Positions 1 through 12,420 of a DNA stretch of 64,000 nucleotides are shown piece by piece. The stretch is from NCBI GenBank assembly GCA_963664015.2, contig CAXXLF010000002.1:2080001-2144000 (forward strand), read 5' to 3'. Origin of the DNA: Candidatus Binatia bacterium (GTDB lineage: Bacteria; Desulfobacterota; Binatia; UBA9968; CAXXLF01). Both the position numbers and the translations under genes were made by a program. Each line of letters starts with the position of its first letter. Positions within the stretch are counted from its first letter, which is position 1. Below the pieces are notes generated by a model. The model was not told where the DNA came from. It ran no database searches and saw only the letters and a list, made by a program, of their open reading frames with translations.

Positions 1-505
1 GGGACTCTATATGATGTCCGTTGTAGGCCTTGGGGGGGGCTATTTGATCTGTCGTTTCATCATAACCTCCAAGCTTGGGCGGCTGCTGCCTGCCATCCGG
101 GATGCCGAGAGTCGGGTTCGGTTCCTGGGCTATTCGGTCGCCCATTGCAAACTCTTTGTCTTTGTCGTATCGGGGATACTCGCAGGGCTGGCAGGGGCCT
201 TGTATGTGCCGCAAGTGGGAATTATCAACCCGAGCGAGTTTTCCCCTGCCAACTCCATTGAGATTGCCGTGTGGGTCGCTGTTGGTGGACGCGGCACTCT
301 CTATGGTCCGATCCTCGGGGCCCTCCTGGTCAATGTGATGAAGACCTATCTCACAGGCGCTGTCCCCGATATTTGGTTGTTCTTCTTAGGCGCCTTGTTT
401 ATCCTTGTCACCTTGTTCTTCCCGAAGGGCATCGTGGGGTGGTTTAAACCGCGGCGAGGCGAATCCGAGAGACTCCATTCGGTTGGGATGCAAAACAGTG
501 GCTGA
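1..505 (+). CDS. urtC: Urea ABC transporter permease UrtC (5'-truncated by window edge)
   Basis: AIRDAESRVRFLGY, LAGLAGALYVPQVGIINP and WVAVGGRGTL motifs; frame open to the window start; upstream of urtD/E. Confidence 0.9.
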   Translation, partial: GLYMMSVVGLGGGYLICRFIITSKLGRLLPAIRDAESRVRFLGYSVAHCKLFVFVVSGILAGLAGALYVPQVGIINPSEFSPANSIEIAVWVAVGGRGTLYGPILGALLVNVMKTYLTGAVPDIWLFFLGALFILVTLFFPKGIVGWFKPRRGESERLHSVGMQNSG

Positions 506-1298
506 AACCATGACCTTGTACAAACCCGTGAATGCCATCGAGACGGGAGCCCATCCGGCACCCAAGACACTGCTATACCTCGACGGGGTGACTGTCAGCT
601 TCGATGGCTTCAAGGCCCTGAACGAACTCTCCCTCGTCGTCGATAAAGGCGAGCTACGAACGATCATCGGCCCCAATGGGGCAGGCAAGACAACGATGCT
701 CGATGTTATAACCGGCAGGTCTCGGCCCGATCAGGGGAGAGTCCTGTTTAACGGTGATTGTGACCTAACGAAACTGGACGAGGCGGCTATTGCCAACCTC
801 GGAATCTGCCGTAAATTTCAGAAACCTACCGTTTTTGAAAACCTCTTGGTGCTGGACAATCTTGAATTGGCCCTCAAAACCGATCGCCGCCTGTTCAGCA
901 CGCTGTTTTTCAAGCCCAAGGGCGAGCATGCCCAACGCATCGAATCCACCCTTGAAAGGATAGGTCTCACGTCCCACCGCTTCGAACTGGCCGGCACACT
1001 AAGCCACGGCCAGAAACAATGGCTTGAGATCGGGATGCTGCTGATCCAGGACCAGGAGCTTCTCCTGTTGGACGAGCCTGTGGCCGGTATGACGGATCAG
1101 GAGACGGAGGAGACCGTATTGCTGATTTTGAGCATCGCCGAAGACCGGACGGTTATCGTCGTCGAACACGATATGGGGTTTGTCCGCTCCCTCGGAGCGC
1201 GGGTCACCGTGCTGCACGAGGGGCACGTGCTTGCAGAGGGGTCCATCGACGCCATCCAGAACAATCCACGAGTCGTCGAAGTCTATCTGGGACGTTAA
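498..1298 (+). CDS. urtD: Urea ABC transporter ATP-binding protein UrtD
   Basis: GPNGAGKTT, LSHGQKQWLEIGM, LLLDEPVAGMT, C-terminal VVEVYLGR; start GTG 498 or ATG 510. Confidence 0.92.
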   Translation: MAETMTLYKPVNAIETGAHPAPKTLLYLDGVTVSFDGFKALNELSLVVDKGELRTIIGPNGAGKTTMLDVITGRSRPDQGRVLFNGDCDLTKLDEAAIANLGICRKFQKPTVFENLLVLDNLELALKTDRRLFSTLFFKPKGEHAQRIESTLERIGLTSHRFELAGTLSHGQKQWLEIGMLLIQDQELLLLDEPVAGMTDQETEETVLLILSIAEDRTVIVVEHDMGFVRSLGARVTVLHEGHVLAEGSIDAIQNNPRVVEVYLGR

Positions 1299-1300
1299 CC

Positions 1301-1996
1301 ATGCTTCGTGTGGAAAACCTTCATCTGTTTTACGGCGCAAGCCACATCCTTCGAGGGGTAAACCTTCGCGCGGAAAAAGGGCAGGTGACGTGTATCCTGG
1401 GTCGGAACGGCGTGGGGAAAACATCCCTCATGCGTGCGATCCTTGGGCTTCAGTCCGTCGGCGAAGGCCGAATCCTATGGGAAGATAAGGACATCACCCG
1501 CATGTACCCGCACCAGCGTGCCCGGCTCGGACTGGCCAATGTCCCGCAAGGCCGGGAGATCTTCCCGCGCCTTACGGTGGAAGAGAACCTGCGCACGGGC
1601 TTTGCCCAACTTCCCAAGGCCCTTCGAACCATCCCGGAACATGTCTTTCAACTTTTTCCCGTGCTTAAGAACATGCTGACCCGCCGGGGCGGCGATCTAT
1701 CGGGAGGCCAGCAGCAACAGCTCACGATCGCGCGGGCGTTGGTTACACGGCCACGGCTTCTCGTTCTCGACGAACCAACGGAAGGGATTCAGCCCTCGAT
1801 CATCAAGGATATCAAAAACGTGATCGAGAGGTTGGCAGCCCAGGGAGATATGGCGATCCTGCTGGTCGAGCAGTACTTCGAATTCGCCCGGAATCTCGCC
1901 GATCGGTTCTACGTTTTGAATCGCGGTGAGACCGTCATGGAGGGTGAGAGAGGGGAGATGGATGAGGCCGATGTCCGCCGTCACCTTATCGTCTGA
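1301..1996 (+). CDS. urtE: Urea ABC transporter ATP-binding protein UrtE
   Basis: GRNGVGKT, RRGGDLSGGQQQQL, LDEPTEGIQPSII. Confidence 0.93.
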   Translation: MLRVENLHLFYGASHILRGVNLRAEKGQVTCILGRNGVGKTSLMRAILGLQSVGEGRILWEDKDITRMYPHQRARLGLANVPQGREIFPRLTVEENLRTGFAQLPKALRTIPEHVFQLFPVLKNMLTRRGGDLSGGQQQQLTIARALVTRPRLLVLDEPTEGIQPSIIKDIKNVIERLAAQGDMAILLVEQYFEFARNLADRFYVLNRGETVMEGERGEMDEADVRRHLIV

Positions 1997-2855
1997 GGCC
2001 GTCCTTGGGCGGCCCCGAGGGTCCTCCACCCCGCGTCTCCAGAGAGGGGATGGGGTAGCGGAGATCGCCTTTTCCGCGGCGACAGGGTCGACAAGGCTGA
2101 AGCACCTTTACCAGAAGGGACCCTGCCGGGCACTGTTTCCCAAATCGGTTCCGGGCGATTTAGCCACTGGGGTGATTGCAACCACGTCGGGTGGCATTAC
2201 GGGGGGGGACCGGCTTAGAATCGACCTGGCCGCCGGAGAAGGGGCGGCTGCGGTGGTCACCACTCAAGCGGCGGAAAAGGTTTACCGATCACTGGGTGAC
2301 GACTGTATCGTTGATATCCATGTCAGGGGGGAGACGGACACCTGGCTGGAATGGCTGCCGCAGGAGACGATATTCTTTGACCGAGGGAGGATGTGGCGGT
2401 CGACGGCGATCGACGGGTGGTCCGGGGCAATGATTATGGCCGGGGATATCCTGGTGTTCGGCCGCCTGGCCCACGGTGAAGTTATAAAGAGCGGTTTCCT
2501 GCACGACTCCTGGAAGGTCTCCTGGAACGGACGCCTGATATGGAGGGACGCCCTACGATTGGATGGCCACGTGACGCTGCTATTGGACGATCCAGCCGGG
2601 TTTGCGGGGGCGGTCTCCGTTGCCACGTTCGTATACGTTGCCGACGACGCTGTCCGCCATTTGAGAATTGCCCGTGATCTGCTGGAAGGCTGTCAAGTCC
2701 GATGTGGAGTGACCAGCGTCAACGGGGTCCTGGTGGCCCGGTTTCTTTCATCGGAGCCACGGGTCCTGCGCGTCGCCTTCGGAGATTTCTGGGCAGGGTT
2801 TCGCCAGCGAGTTCGCGGTTTGCCCGAGTGCCTGCCTCGAGTCTGGCATGGATGA
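1962..2855 (+). CDS. ureD: Urease accessory protein UreD
   Basis: GGITGGDRL, TTQAAEKVYRS, LEWLPQETIFFD, FGRLAHGE, C-terminal LPRVW; start ATG 1962 or 1971. Confidence 0.9.
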   Translation: MRPMSAVTLSSEAVLGRPRGSSTPRLQRGDGVAEIAFSAATGSTRLKHLYQKGPCRALFPKSVPGDLATGVIATTSGGITGGDRLRIDLAAGEGAAAVVTTQAAEKVYRSLGDDCIVDIHVRGETDTWLEWLPQETIFFDRGRMWRSTAIDGWSGAMIMAGDILVFGRLAHGEVIKSGFLHDSWKVSWNGRLIWRDALRLDGHVTLLLDDPAGFAGAVSVATFVYVADDAVRHLRIARDLLEGCQVRCGVTSVNGVLVARFLSSEPRVLRVAFGDFWAGFRQRVRGLPECLPRVWHG

Positions 2856-2879
2856 CGTAGGGAAACGGAGGAGAGAGCG

Positions 2880-3182
2880 ATGAATCTGATGCCACGTGAA
2901 AAGGATAAACTTCTGGTCGCCATGGCGGCGACGGTTGCGCGCCGTAGGTTGGATCGCGGCGTCAAACTCAACCACCCCGAGGCGGTGGCGCTGATCACGG
3001 ACTTTGTCGTGGAAGGGGCGCGTGACGGGAAAAGCGTTCCGGATCTCATGCGCGACGGCGCCATAGTGCTGATCCGTGACCAGGTCATGGATGGGGTGGC
3101 CGAGATGATTGAGGAGATTCAAGTCGAGGCTACCTTTCCCGATGGCACCAAGCTTGTGACTGTTCACAGTCCTATCCGTTAA
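2880..3182 (+). CDS. ureA: Urease gamma subunit
   Basis: [12 protein letters not shown]...KLNHPEA...[16 protein letters not shown]; GGAGGAG RBS. Confidence 0.97.
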   Translation: MNLMPREKDKLLVAMAATVARRRLDRGVKLNHPEAVALITDFVVEGARDGKSVPDLMRDGAIVLIRDQVMDGVAEMIEEIQVEATFPDGTKLVTVHSPIR

Positions 3183-3205
3183 TCTTAAATAGGAGGACTC
3201 AGGAA

Positions 3206-3511
3206 ATGATTCCGGGAGAAATATTGCCTCAGGCCGGTGAAATCACCCTCAACGAGGGGCGAGAGACACTGCTCATGGATGTATCCAATAGCGGTGACCG
3301 GCCGATCCAGGTGGGTTCTCATTACCACTTCTATGAAACCAACGAGTCCTTGCGCTTCGATCGGGAAAAGACGCGCGGCTTTCGCCTCGATATCCCCGCC
3401 GGGACCGCCGTCAGGTTCGAACCGGGGCAGACGCGGACGGTAACGCTCGTGGCCTATGGGGGGAAGCGAGTGGTTCATGGCTTCAATGGCAAGGTCAACG
3501 GTCCGCTTTAG
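3206..3511 (+). CDS. ureB: Urease beta subunit
   Basis: [33 protein letters not shown]; AGGAGG RBS. Confidence 0.97.
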   Translation: MIPGEILPQAGEITLNEGRETLLMDVSNSGDRPIQVGSHYHFYETNESLRFDREKTRGFRLDIPAGTAVRFEPGQTRTVTLVAYGGKRVVHGFNGKVNGPL

Positions 3512-3573
3512 TAGAGCGATGAAAAATTCCTTTGTGATGCGCGTCTTCAGCAGGACGCTAGGAGGTAAGGGAA

Positions 3574-5286
3574 ATGGCCAGTAAGATCGAGCGCGCCGCT
3601 TATGCCAGTATGTTCGGACCCACGGTAGGGGACAGGGTGCGTCTTGCCGATACCGACCTCCTCGTTGAGGTCGAGGATGACCGGACCATTTACGGCGAGG
3701 AGGTCAAGTTCGGGGGCGGCAAGGTGATCCGCGACGGGATGGGGCAAAGTCAGGTGTCGCGTGCTGACGGCGCTGTGGACACAGTGATTACCAACGCCCT
3801 GATTATCGATCATTGGGGGATCGTTAAAGCCGATATCGGCATCCGCGACGGAAGGATCTCCGGCATCGGTAAGGCCGGCAATCCGGACGTCCAGCCCGGC
3901 GTCGATATCGTCATCGGTCCGGGGACGGAGGCCATCGCCGGGGAGGGAAAGATCGTGACCGCGGGCGGGCTCGATGTCCATATTCACTTCATCTGCCCAC
4001 AGCTGATAGAAGAGGCCCTCTTCAGCGGAATAACGACCATGATGGGGGGTGGCACGGGGCCGGCGGCGGGAACCAACGCGACCACATGTACGCCGGGGGC
4101 GTGGCACATGGGACGCATGCTGCAGGCGGCGGAGGCATTCCCTATGAACCTCGGATTCTTCGGCAAGGGGAACGCTAGCCTGCCCAGCGCACTCGTAGAG
4201 CAGGTGATGGGGGGGGCCTGCGCGCTCAAGCTCCACGAAGATTGGGGGACCACTCCGGCGGCGATCGATCGGTGTCTATCGGTGGCGGATGATTATGACG
4301 TGCAGGTGCTGATTCACACGGACACGCTGAATGAATCCGGGTTTGTGGAAAATACGGTGCGCGCCTTCAAGGGCCGCACCATCCATACCTTTCACACCGA
4401 GGGCGCCGGAGGCGGCCATGCCCCGGATATCATCAAGGTCTGTGGGGAGTCCAACGTCTTACCCTCGTCCACCAACCCGACGCGGCCCTTTACGGTCAAT
4501 ACGGTGGAAGAGCACCTGGATATGCTCATGGTCTGCCATCACCTGGATGCCAAGATCCCCGAGGATGTCGCCTTTGCGGAAAGCCGAATCCGAAAGGAGA
4601 CGATTGCAGCGGAGGATATCCTGCATGACATGGGAGCTTTCAGCATGATTTCTTCGGATAGCCAGGCCATGGGCCGGGTGGGCGAAGTCATCATTCGAAC
4701 CTGGCAGACAGCCCATAAGATGAAGCAGCAGCGAGGCCGGCTGCCGGAAGAGAAGGGGGATAACGACAACCTCCGGGTCAAACGCTACATCGCAAAGTAT
4801 ACCATCAACCCGGCCATCGCCCAGGGGATCACCGATTATGTCGGCTCAGTGGAGACCGGGAAACTTGCAGACCTGGTGCTCTGGTCGCCCGCATTCTTTG
4901 GCGTTAAGCCGGATATGGTAATCAAATGCGGCACTATTGCTGCCGCCCCCATGGGGGATCCCAACGCCTCGATTCCGACGCCTCAGCCCGTGCACTACCG
5001 TCCCATGTTCGGAGCCTTCGGCCGCTCATGCGAGCAAAGCTCTGTGAGTTTCGTGAGCCGGGCATCGTTGGACGCCGGACTTGCCAAGAGCTTGGGTCTC
5101 AAGCGGACTCTACTCCCCGTTTCGAACACCCGCGGGCGCATCGGTAAAGCCAGTATGGTCCACAACGATCTCACCCCGCGGATCGAGGTTGACCCGGAAA
5201 CCTATGAGGTGCGGGCAAACGGTGAGCTGTTGACCTGTGAACCCGCCGAGGTGCTCCCCTTGGCGCAACGCTATTTTTTGTTCTGA
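3574..5286 (+). CDS. ureC: Urease alpha subunit
   Basis: Ni-site motifs all present: [49 protein letters not shown]; ends LAQRYFLF. Confidence 0.98.
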   Translation: MASKIERAAYASMFGPTVGDRVRLADTDLLVEVEDDRTIYGEEVKFGGGKVIRDGMGQSQVSRADGAVDTVITNALIIDHWGIVKADIGIRDGRISGIGKAGNPDVQPGVDIVIGPGTEAIAGEGKIVTAGGLDVHIHFICPQLIEEALFSGITTMMGGGTGPAAGTNATTCTPGAWHMGRMLQAAEAFPMNLGFFGKGNASLPSALVEQVMGGACALKLHEDWGTTPAAIDRCLSVADDYDVQVLIHTDTLNESGFVENTVRAFKGRTIHTFHTEGAGGGHAPDIIKVCGESNVLPSSTNPTRPFTVNTVEEHLDMLMVCHHLDAKIPEDVAFAESRIRKETIAAEDILHDMGAFSMISSDSQAMGRVGEVIIRTWQTAHKMKQQRGRLPEEKGDNDNLRVKRYIAKYTINPAIAQGITDYVGSVETGKLADLVLWSPAFFGVKPDMVIKCGTIAAAPMGDPNASIPTPQPVHYRPMFGAFGRSCEQSSVSFVSRASLDAGLAKSLGLKRTLLPVSNTRGRIGKASMVHNDLTPRIEVDPETYEVRANGELLTCEPAEVLPLAQRYFLF

Positions 5287-5288
5287 GG

Positions 5289-5984
5289 GTGTGGGTGGAA
5301 AACGGTATAGATAGTGCTGCGCTCTACCGGTTGCTCACGTGGTTTTCGCCGTCCTACCCGGTGGGTGCCTACTCCTATAGCCATGGCCTTGAGTTCACCG
5401 TGGCTGAAGGCCTCGTGAAGGACCGGGAAAGTTTGACCGGCTGGATAGGCGCTCTCCTGATGCATGGGAGCGGCCTGGTCGACGGCGCGTTGTTCTCAGC
5501 GGCCTGGCGTGCGGCCAGTGTCGGAGACGCAGCGGGGCTTAGGAACGTAGCAGAATTTGCCTCGGCTTTTCGCGGCACGGGAGAACTAGCCCTGGAAAGC
5601 ACGGCCCAGGGTGAGGCCTTCTCGGTGATAGTGCAAGCGACTGAAAAAGTGCCCATGCTTTCGCAGCTGGCTGAAGAACAACGTGGCGTCGTCTACCCCG
5701 TGGCTGTGGGGGTGGCCTGCGCGGCGGTTGCAATTCCTCTCGATGCGGGTTTGCAGGCTTACCTGCATGCCATTGGGGCGAATCTTATTTCTGCTGGGGT
5801 TCGGTTGATCCCTTTGGGTCACGCCGACGGCCAGCGTGGCATCTTGGCCCTCGAACCGTATGTGATTATCTCGTCTGAAAGGGCCCTGGAGACTTCCCTG
5901 GACGCCCTCGGCACTGCCACACCGATGATCGAATGGGCCTCGATGAAACATGAAACCCAGTACACGAGGTTGTTTCGCTCATGA
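5289..5984 (+). CDS. ureF: Urease accessory protein UreF
   Basis: [17 protein letters not shown]-terminus, [12 protein letters not shown]-terminus. Confidence 0.94.
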   Translation: MWVENGIDSAALYRLLTWFSPSYPVGAYSYSHGLEFTVAEGLVKDRESLTGWIGALLMHGSGLVDGALFSAAWRAASVGDAAGLRNVAEFASAFRGTGELALESTAQGEAFSVIVQATEKVPMLSQLAEEQRGVVYPVAVGVACAAVAIPLDAGLQAYLHAIGANLISAGVRLIPLGHADGQRGILALEPYVIISSERALETSLDALGTATPMIEWASMKHETQYTRLFRS

Positions 5985-6610
5985 CTCGAACCATCCATAG
6001 CCCCCTCCGTGTCGGCGTCGGGGGACCCGTGGGATCCGGGAAGACGGCTTTGGTCGACGCCCTTTGCAAGTCCATGCGCAGCCGCTATGAAATTGCGGTG
6101 GTCACCAACGACATTTACACGAGGGAGGACGCCGAGTTCTTGGTGCAATCGGGGGCGCTCGCTGCTGAAAGGATCGTTGGCGTGGAGACGGGCGGCTGCC
6201 CACACACGGCAATCCGTGAGGACGCATCCATGAATTTGGCCGCCGTCGGTGAGATGAGCAAGCTCTTTCCGGAACTCGAATTGGTCTTCATCGAGTCTGG
6301 GGGGGATAATCTGACTGCCACCTTTAGTCCGGAACTTGCCGACATCACAATTTATGTTATTGACGTCGCAGCAGGGGATAAGATTCCACGCAAGGGAGGG
6401 CCCGGTATTGCCCGCTCGGACCTTCTTGTCATCAACAAGATTGATTTGGCCCCCCATGTGGGAGCCAGCCTCGAGGTCATGGACCGGGATGCAAGAAAGA
6501 TGCGCGGTACTCGGCCCTTCGTCTTTACTAATATTAAAGAAGGGAATGGTGTAGAAAAAGTAGCCCGCTTCCTCGTGGAGAGTCGTGGCTTAGGATCGCC
6601 GAAACGATAG
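5981..6610 (+). CDS. ureG: Urease accessory GTPase UreG
   Basis: [39 protein letters not shown]. Confidence 0.97.
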   Translation: MTRTIHSPLRVGVGGPVGSGKTALVDALCKSMRSRYEIAVVTNDIYTREDAEFLVQSGALAAERIVGVETGGCPHTAIREDASMNLAAVGEMSKLFPELELVFIESGGDNLTATFSPELADITIYVIDVAAGDKIPRKGGPGIARSDLLVINKIDLAPHVGASLEVMDRDARKMRGTRPFVFTNIKEGNGVEKVARFLVESRGLGSPKR

Positions 6611-6652
6611 GGTGGAGAACTTACGCTGTCGGTCGGTGCGGCACAGGGGTCG

Positions 6653-6949
6653 CTATCTCTTTATCGAAAAGGTTTCGAATGGCCCTTGGCAGTCCTCCCA
6701 CTGGAGTTCAACTTTTTGGACTTGAGCCCCCATGGGGCCCTGGTGGCACCATTGGATCAACTCCTGGACCTTTTGCTCCTGCCCTTCCGCTACCACCTCG
6801 ACGGAACCATCACGACAATTTCTCACCCATCCCCCGAGTTCTAGGCGAACGGCAAGTTCGACCGTAGAGGCACGGAAGAAGACTCCTTGGACGCGCCCTC
6901 GAATCATAAGACGGGCGCAGGCCGTGTTTTCTGTCTTTTCTTCGCTCAT
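6653..6949 (-). CDS. acyP: Acylphosphatase
   Basis: GRVQGVFFR and GWVRN..DGSVE motifs. Confidence 0.93.
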   Translation of the reverse strand: MSEEKTENTACARLMIRGRVQGVFFRASTVELAVRLELGGWVRNCRDGSVEVVAEGQEQKVQELIQWCHQGPMGAQVQKVELQWEDCQGPFETFSIKR

Positions 6950-7024
6950 CAGAGCCCCCTACCTTAGCGAATCCGTTTCTGCAAGCTCATGCTAACAGCA
7001 AAGCGGTAAAACACCCTCACGTTA

Positions 7025-7168
7025 AAATCCTAAATCCGAAGCACGAAATCCTAAACAATCCCAAAGTCTCAAATCCCCAATGCTCAAAAGATGAAACAAG
7101 CTGACGCTTTTGTTCGGCCTTTTGGTTATTTGGATTTGTTTCGAATTTCGGATTTCGAAATTCGAATC
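7025..7168. repeat. Imperfect inverted array of degenerate 7-mers
   Basis: Left arm aaatcct-aaatccg-aagcacg-aaatcct-aaacaat; right arm ttcgaat-ttcggat-ttcgaaa-ttcgaat is its approximate reverse complement. Confidence 0.75.
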
Positions 7169-7193
7169 TGTAATTTAAACTTGTGGTGTTCTA

Positions 7194-7266
7194 CCCTTCG
7201 ACCCATTGAGAGGCTCAGGGTTCGACCCTGAGCCTCACCCGAACGGGTCCCGAGCTCAGTCGAGGG
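7194..7266. repeat. Nested REP-like palindrome
   Basis: Perfect 12-bp stem GAGGCTCAGGGT-TCG-ACCCTGAGCCTC (7210-7236) inside an outer CCTTCGAC/GTCGAGGG pair. Confidence 0.7.
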
Positions 7267-7368
7267 ACGTCTCTGCGGTGAGCTGTACGAATCTTTAAGG
7301 GGTGATAATCTGCGGTTAATAGCTATAGGCGCTTTGCGCGTTGCTCTTCACCATTCTTCGTGGGTGCC

Positions 7369-8576
7369 TTATTGGGGCAAGAGCCTGGGGAGCCAGATGG
7401 CCAGATTAGGGAAACAGGCGACCAGGGTAAGGCCCACGATTCGGATAATCACGAATGGGATCACCCCTCGATAGATATGCCCTGTGGTCAGCTCGGCGGG
7501 CGCCATTCCCCTTAAGTAAAAGAGGGCAAAACCGAGAGGAGGCGTGAGAAACGAGGTCTGGAGGTTGATCCCTAAAAGAATACCGTACCATAGGGGGTCG
7601 AAACCCATAGCGCTCAAAATGGGGGCAATGATAGACAGGTGGATAAAGGCGATCTCGATAAAGTCCAGAAAGAAACCCAGGATGAAAACGATGGCCATAA
7701 TGACTACAAATACAGCCCAAGGAGGGAACGCCAAATCGGCGACGAAGTGGCGTTCCCAATCATCCCCACCCATTCCCCGGAATGCTAGACCGAAGGCCGT
7801 CGCGCCCACCAGGATGATGAAAACCATACTGGTGACCCGGGCGTACTTTTCATGACCTCTCGAAGCATCTTGAGGTTGAAGCGATGCTTCAAGATCGTGA
7901 GCAGAACTGTCCCTGAGGCGCTTACGGCAGCGGCCTCGGTAGGCGCTGCAATGCCAAGAAAGATAGATCCAAGTACGACAATCATGAGGATGAGCACGGG
8001 GGGGAGAGAGGTGAGCAGCTTCAAACCAAGGGCCCGCGACCCGATGGCTGCTCGCTCCTTGAGAGGAATGGGCGGCATCTTGTGTGGGAATAATAGGGAC
8101 AGGTACAGCAGGTAGAGGAGATACATGCCGGCCAAACTCATACCGGGGATTAGGGCTGCAAGAAAAAGGTCGCCCACGGAAACGCCCAGGATGTCTCCCA
8201 CCAGGACCAGCACGATGCTGGGGGGGGGGCTGCCCCAGTGAGCTGGACGACAAATGACTCCGGCAGCCACTTCTCTATGGTAACCCCGATGGAGCATGGT
8301 CGGCAGTGAGATCAGTCCCATGGTCTCAAGGAGATACTGGGCCAGTCCGGAACGCTCCAGGGTGGCCCCCATGAAGATGAACAGGGGAACGGTTATGAGG
8401 GTGAAGTTGGTCATAAGACCCCAGATGCGTAGCGGAAGCAGGTCGAAAAAACCGAATCCAAAGGCGGCCAGACCGAAGCCGAGGGCGGTCCCGCCAATGG
8501 TAAAGGCGATGGGATAGCTGGCCAGGATCAGCAGGGTGAAGGCCAGGAACATCAAAGCGGGAAGGAGTTCGGTCAC
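7369..8576 (-). pseudogene. TRAP transporter large permease (DctM family), disrupted
   Basis: VPLFIFMG..LERSGLA, PPSIVLV, NLQTSFLTPP.GFALFYLRG; split over two frames near 7840; local frame disturbance at 8220-8250; apparent internal deletion at 8313-8324. Confidence 0.88.
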
Positions 8577-9144
8577 CAATCCCTACCCGCCGTGGACGGT
8601 GGTTTGTAGAAGAGTAAGGTGCCGTTCTTGATGGTCTCGGATATTCCCTGGAGCCCTATGAGAACAAATCCCACCGGGATCACGGCATTCAATAGAAAAC
8701 GAGCAGGCATCCCTCCGGGATTCGGAGATCCTTCCAAGACTTACCAGGAGTGGATGACGAAGGGAAGCGAGGCCTCGATCACGAGGAAACAGGTGGGGAA
8801 GAGAAAAAGGAGGGTGAAGATCAAATTCACCCATGCCTGTTTGCGCGCTGACAACCGGGAATAAACGATATCGACTCGGACATGCCCGCCCTTGAGGTGA
8901 GTGTATCCTGCCGCCATCAGGAAGATGACAGCGAACAGATGCCACTCAAGCTCCTGGATGACAACTAAACTGACGCTAAAAACGTAGCGTAGAGTCACGT
9001 CGGTAACCGTGACGACCACCAGGAGGAACGTCAGCCAAGCGGTGGCTCGCCCCACGAAGCCGTTGAGGCGGTCGATCCGGTGGATTAAGGGGGTTGAGGA
9101 ATGTCCCGTATCCGGGTTTGTTGGGGGGAGATCCGAGTGATCCA

Positions 9145-9145
<1 letters not shown>
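8573..9145 (-). pseudogene. TRAP transporter small permease (DctQ family), in-frame stop
   Basis: QELEWHLFA, GGHVRVD; TAA at 8741-8743, after which the frame continues EGSPNPGGMPARF...GLQGISE to a TGA overlapping the DctM start. Confidence 0.87.
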
Positions 9146-11187
<2,042 letters not shown>

Positions 11188-11331
11188 TCAGCGGTAGAAA
11201 CGACGGTGAGCAATCTGAATGCAGGGAGTTCAACAATTAAGGAAAAACTAGCATAAACGGTCAAGTAGATGAAATCATATTCTAATAGTGGTCATTAGGA
11301 TGAGCATCAGCGGATAAGGGCATCAAGCGAA

Positions 11332-12262
11332 TTATTTATGGTTGTGAATGTCCTGGATCAAGGGAATGAGGCCCGGGTGGGCGCCTAGCTTTTTCAGCTC
11401 CAATCGGAGTCACCGGGTGTGAAGCGGACCCTTTTCGGTAACCACTGCGGTTAGCTGGGAAAGGGGAGTGATATCGAAATACTGATTGACGACTTTCAGT
11501 CCTTTGGGGGGGGCGAGGGAGAATCTCTGCCGGTGATTTTTCCAGGAAGCCCTAATCCAGCGGGACACCGCCAGGGAGAAATTTTTCCGACCCAGGCAAG
11601 GCGTAAAAGGGAATGGCATATTGCCTGGCTACGATGGCCAGTCCCGATAATGAGATAGCGTCAGCACCGACCAGAACCATGGCCACTCTTTTCTTGGGCG
11701 TTTCAGGGGTTGCCAAGAGGGATGGGGCAATCGAGTCCGTTGTCAAGGTGGTCGGAATCCCTCGTCGGGTCAAAATCCGTGCCAGTTGGACGCCTTAATA
11801 GACGGGACGGGACTCGTCGCAGATCACGGAGAAGCGCTTCCTCCTCGCCCAACAGTACAGTAGGGCTTCGCGCACCGAACGGCTCGCCGAGTGGGTAACC
11901 ACGGTATCGTTGCGTTTGATGAGTTTGAAGAGCTGCTCTGAGATGCGCTGATTGTGCTCTTCCATGTCCCGGACGAAAGACCGGCACGCTTGACGGATTC
12001 CCACGGTAGCTTGCGTACCGGAGGAAGCTTGATCCAGTTGGGCTAGAATCCGTGCGAACAGATGATAGAGCGAGGCCATCGCTGGCTGCGCCTGAATGAT
12101 AGTTCCAGCGGTTTCACGAATGACTCTCCTGAGCTCTCTGGGGGCGAGGTAAGGCTTTCCCCGAACAAGCTGACAAATTACAGCCGCCGTTTTGCCGGTA
12201 ATCTCTTGAGAGCCGGAGAGGTTGTCCAGAATGATGTCTCGGGTTTGTGCGTTGATTCCCAT
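11332..12262 (-). pseudogene. eIF-2B/ribose-1,5-bisphosphate isomerase-like protein, disrupted
   Basis: DNLSGS, AQPAMASL, VTHSAS, ESRP, LVGADAI, YFDITP, VVTEKG; stops at 11795 and 11410, stop/frameshift near 11552, NKxGT segment absent. Confidence 0.82.
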
Positions 12263-12420
12263 AGGGCGTTCCAAGGGCTGTCCTTCTGAAGAACGTGCCA
12301 AAAAACCACGCCGTAACCGCTTCATCCGCTAATCATACAGGTGGCTTTAAGGAAAGGGAGGCGACGGCTTTGACTAGAAGCGTTGACCGTCTTAGGGCAG
12401 TATGTTACCTATTAAAAAGT

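Noticed and set aside
8220-8229. G10 tract in dctM as a phase-variation switch
   Set aside because: The gene has another frameshift and a deletion, and dctQ has a stop, so slippage could not restore function
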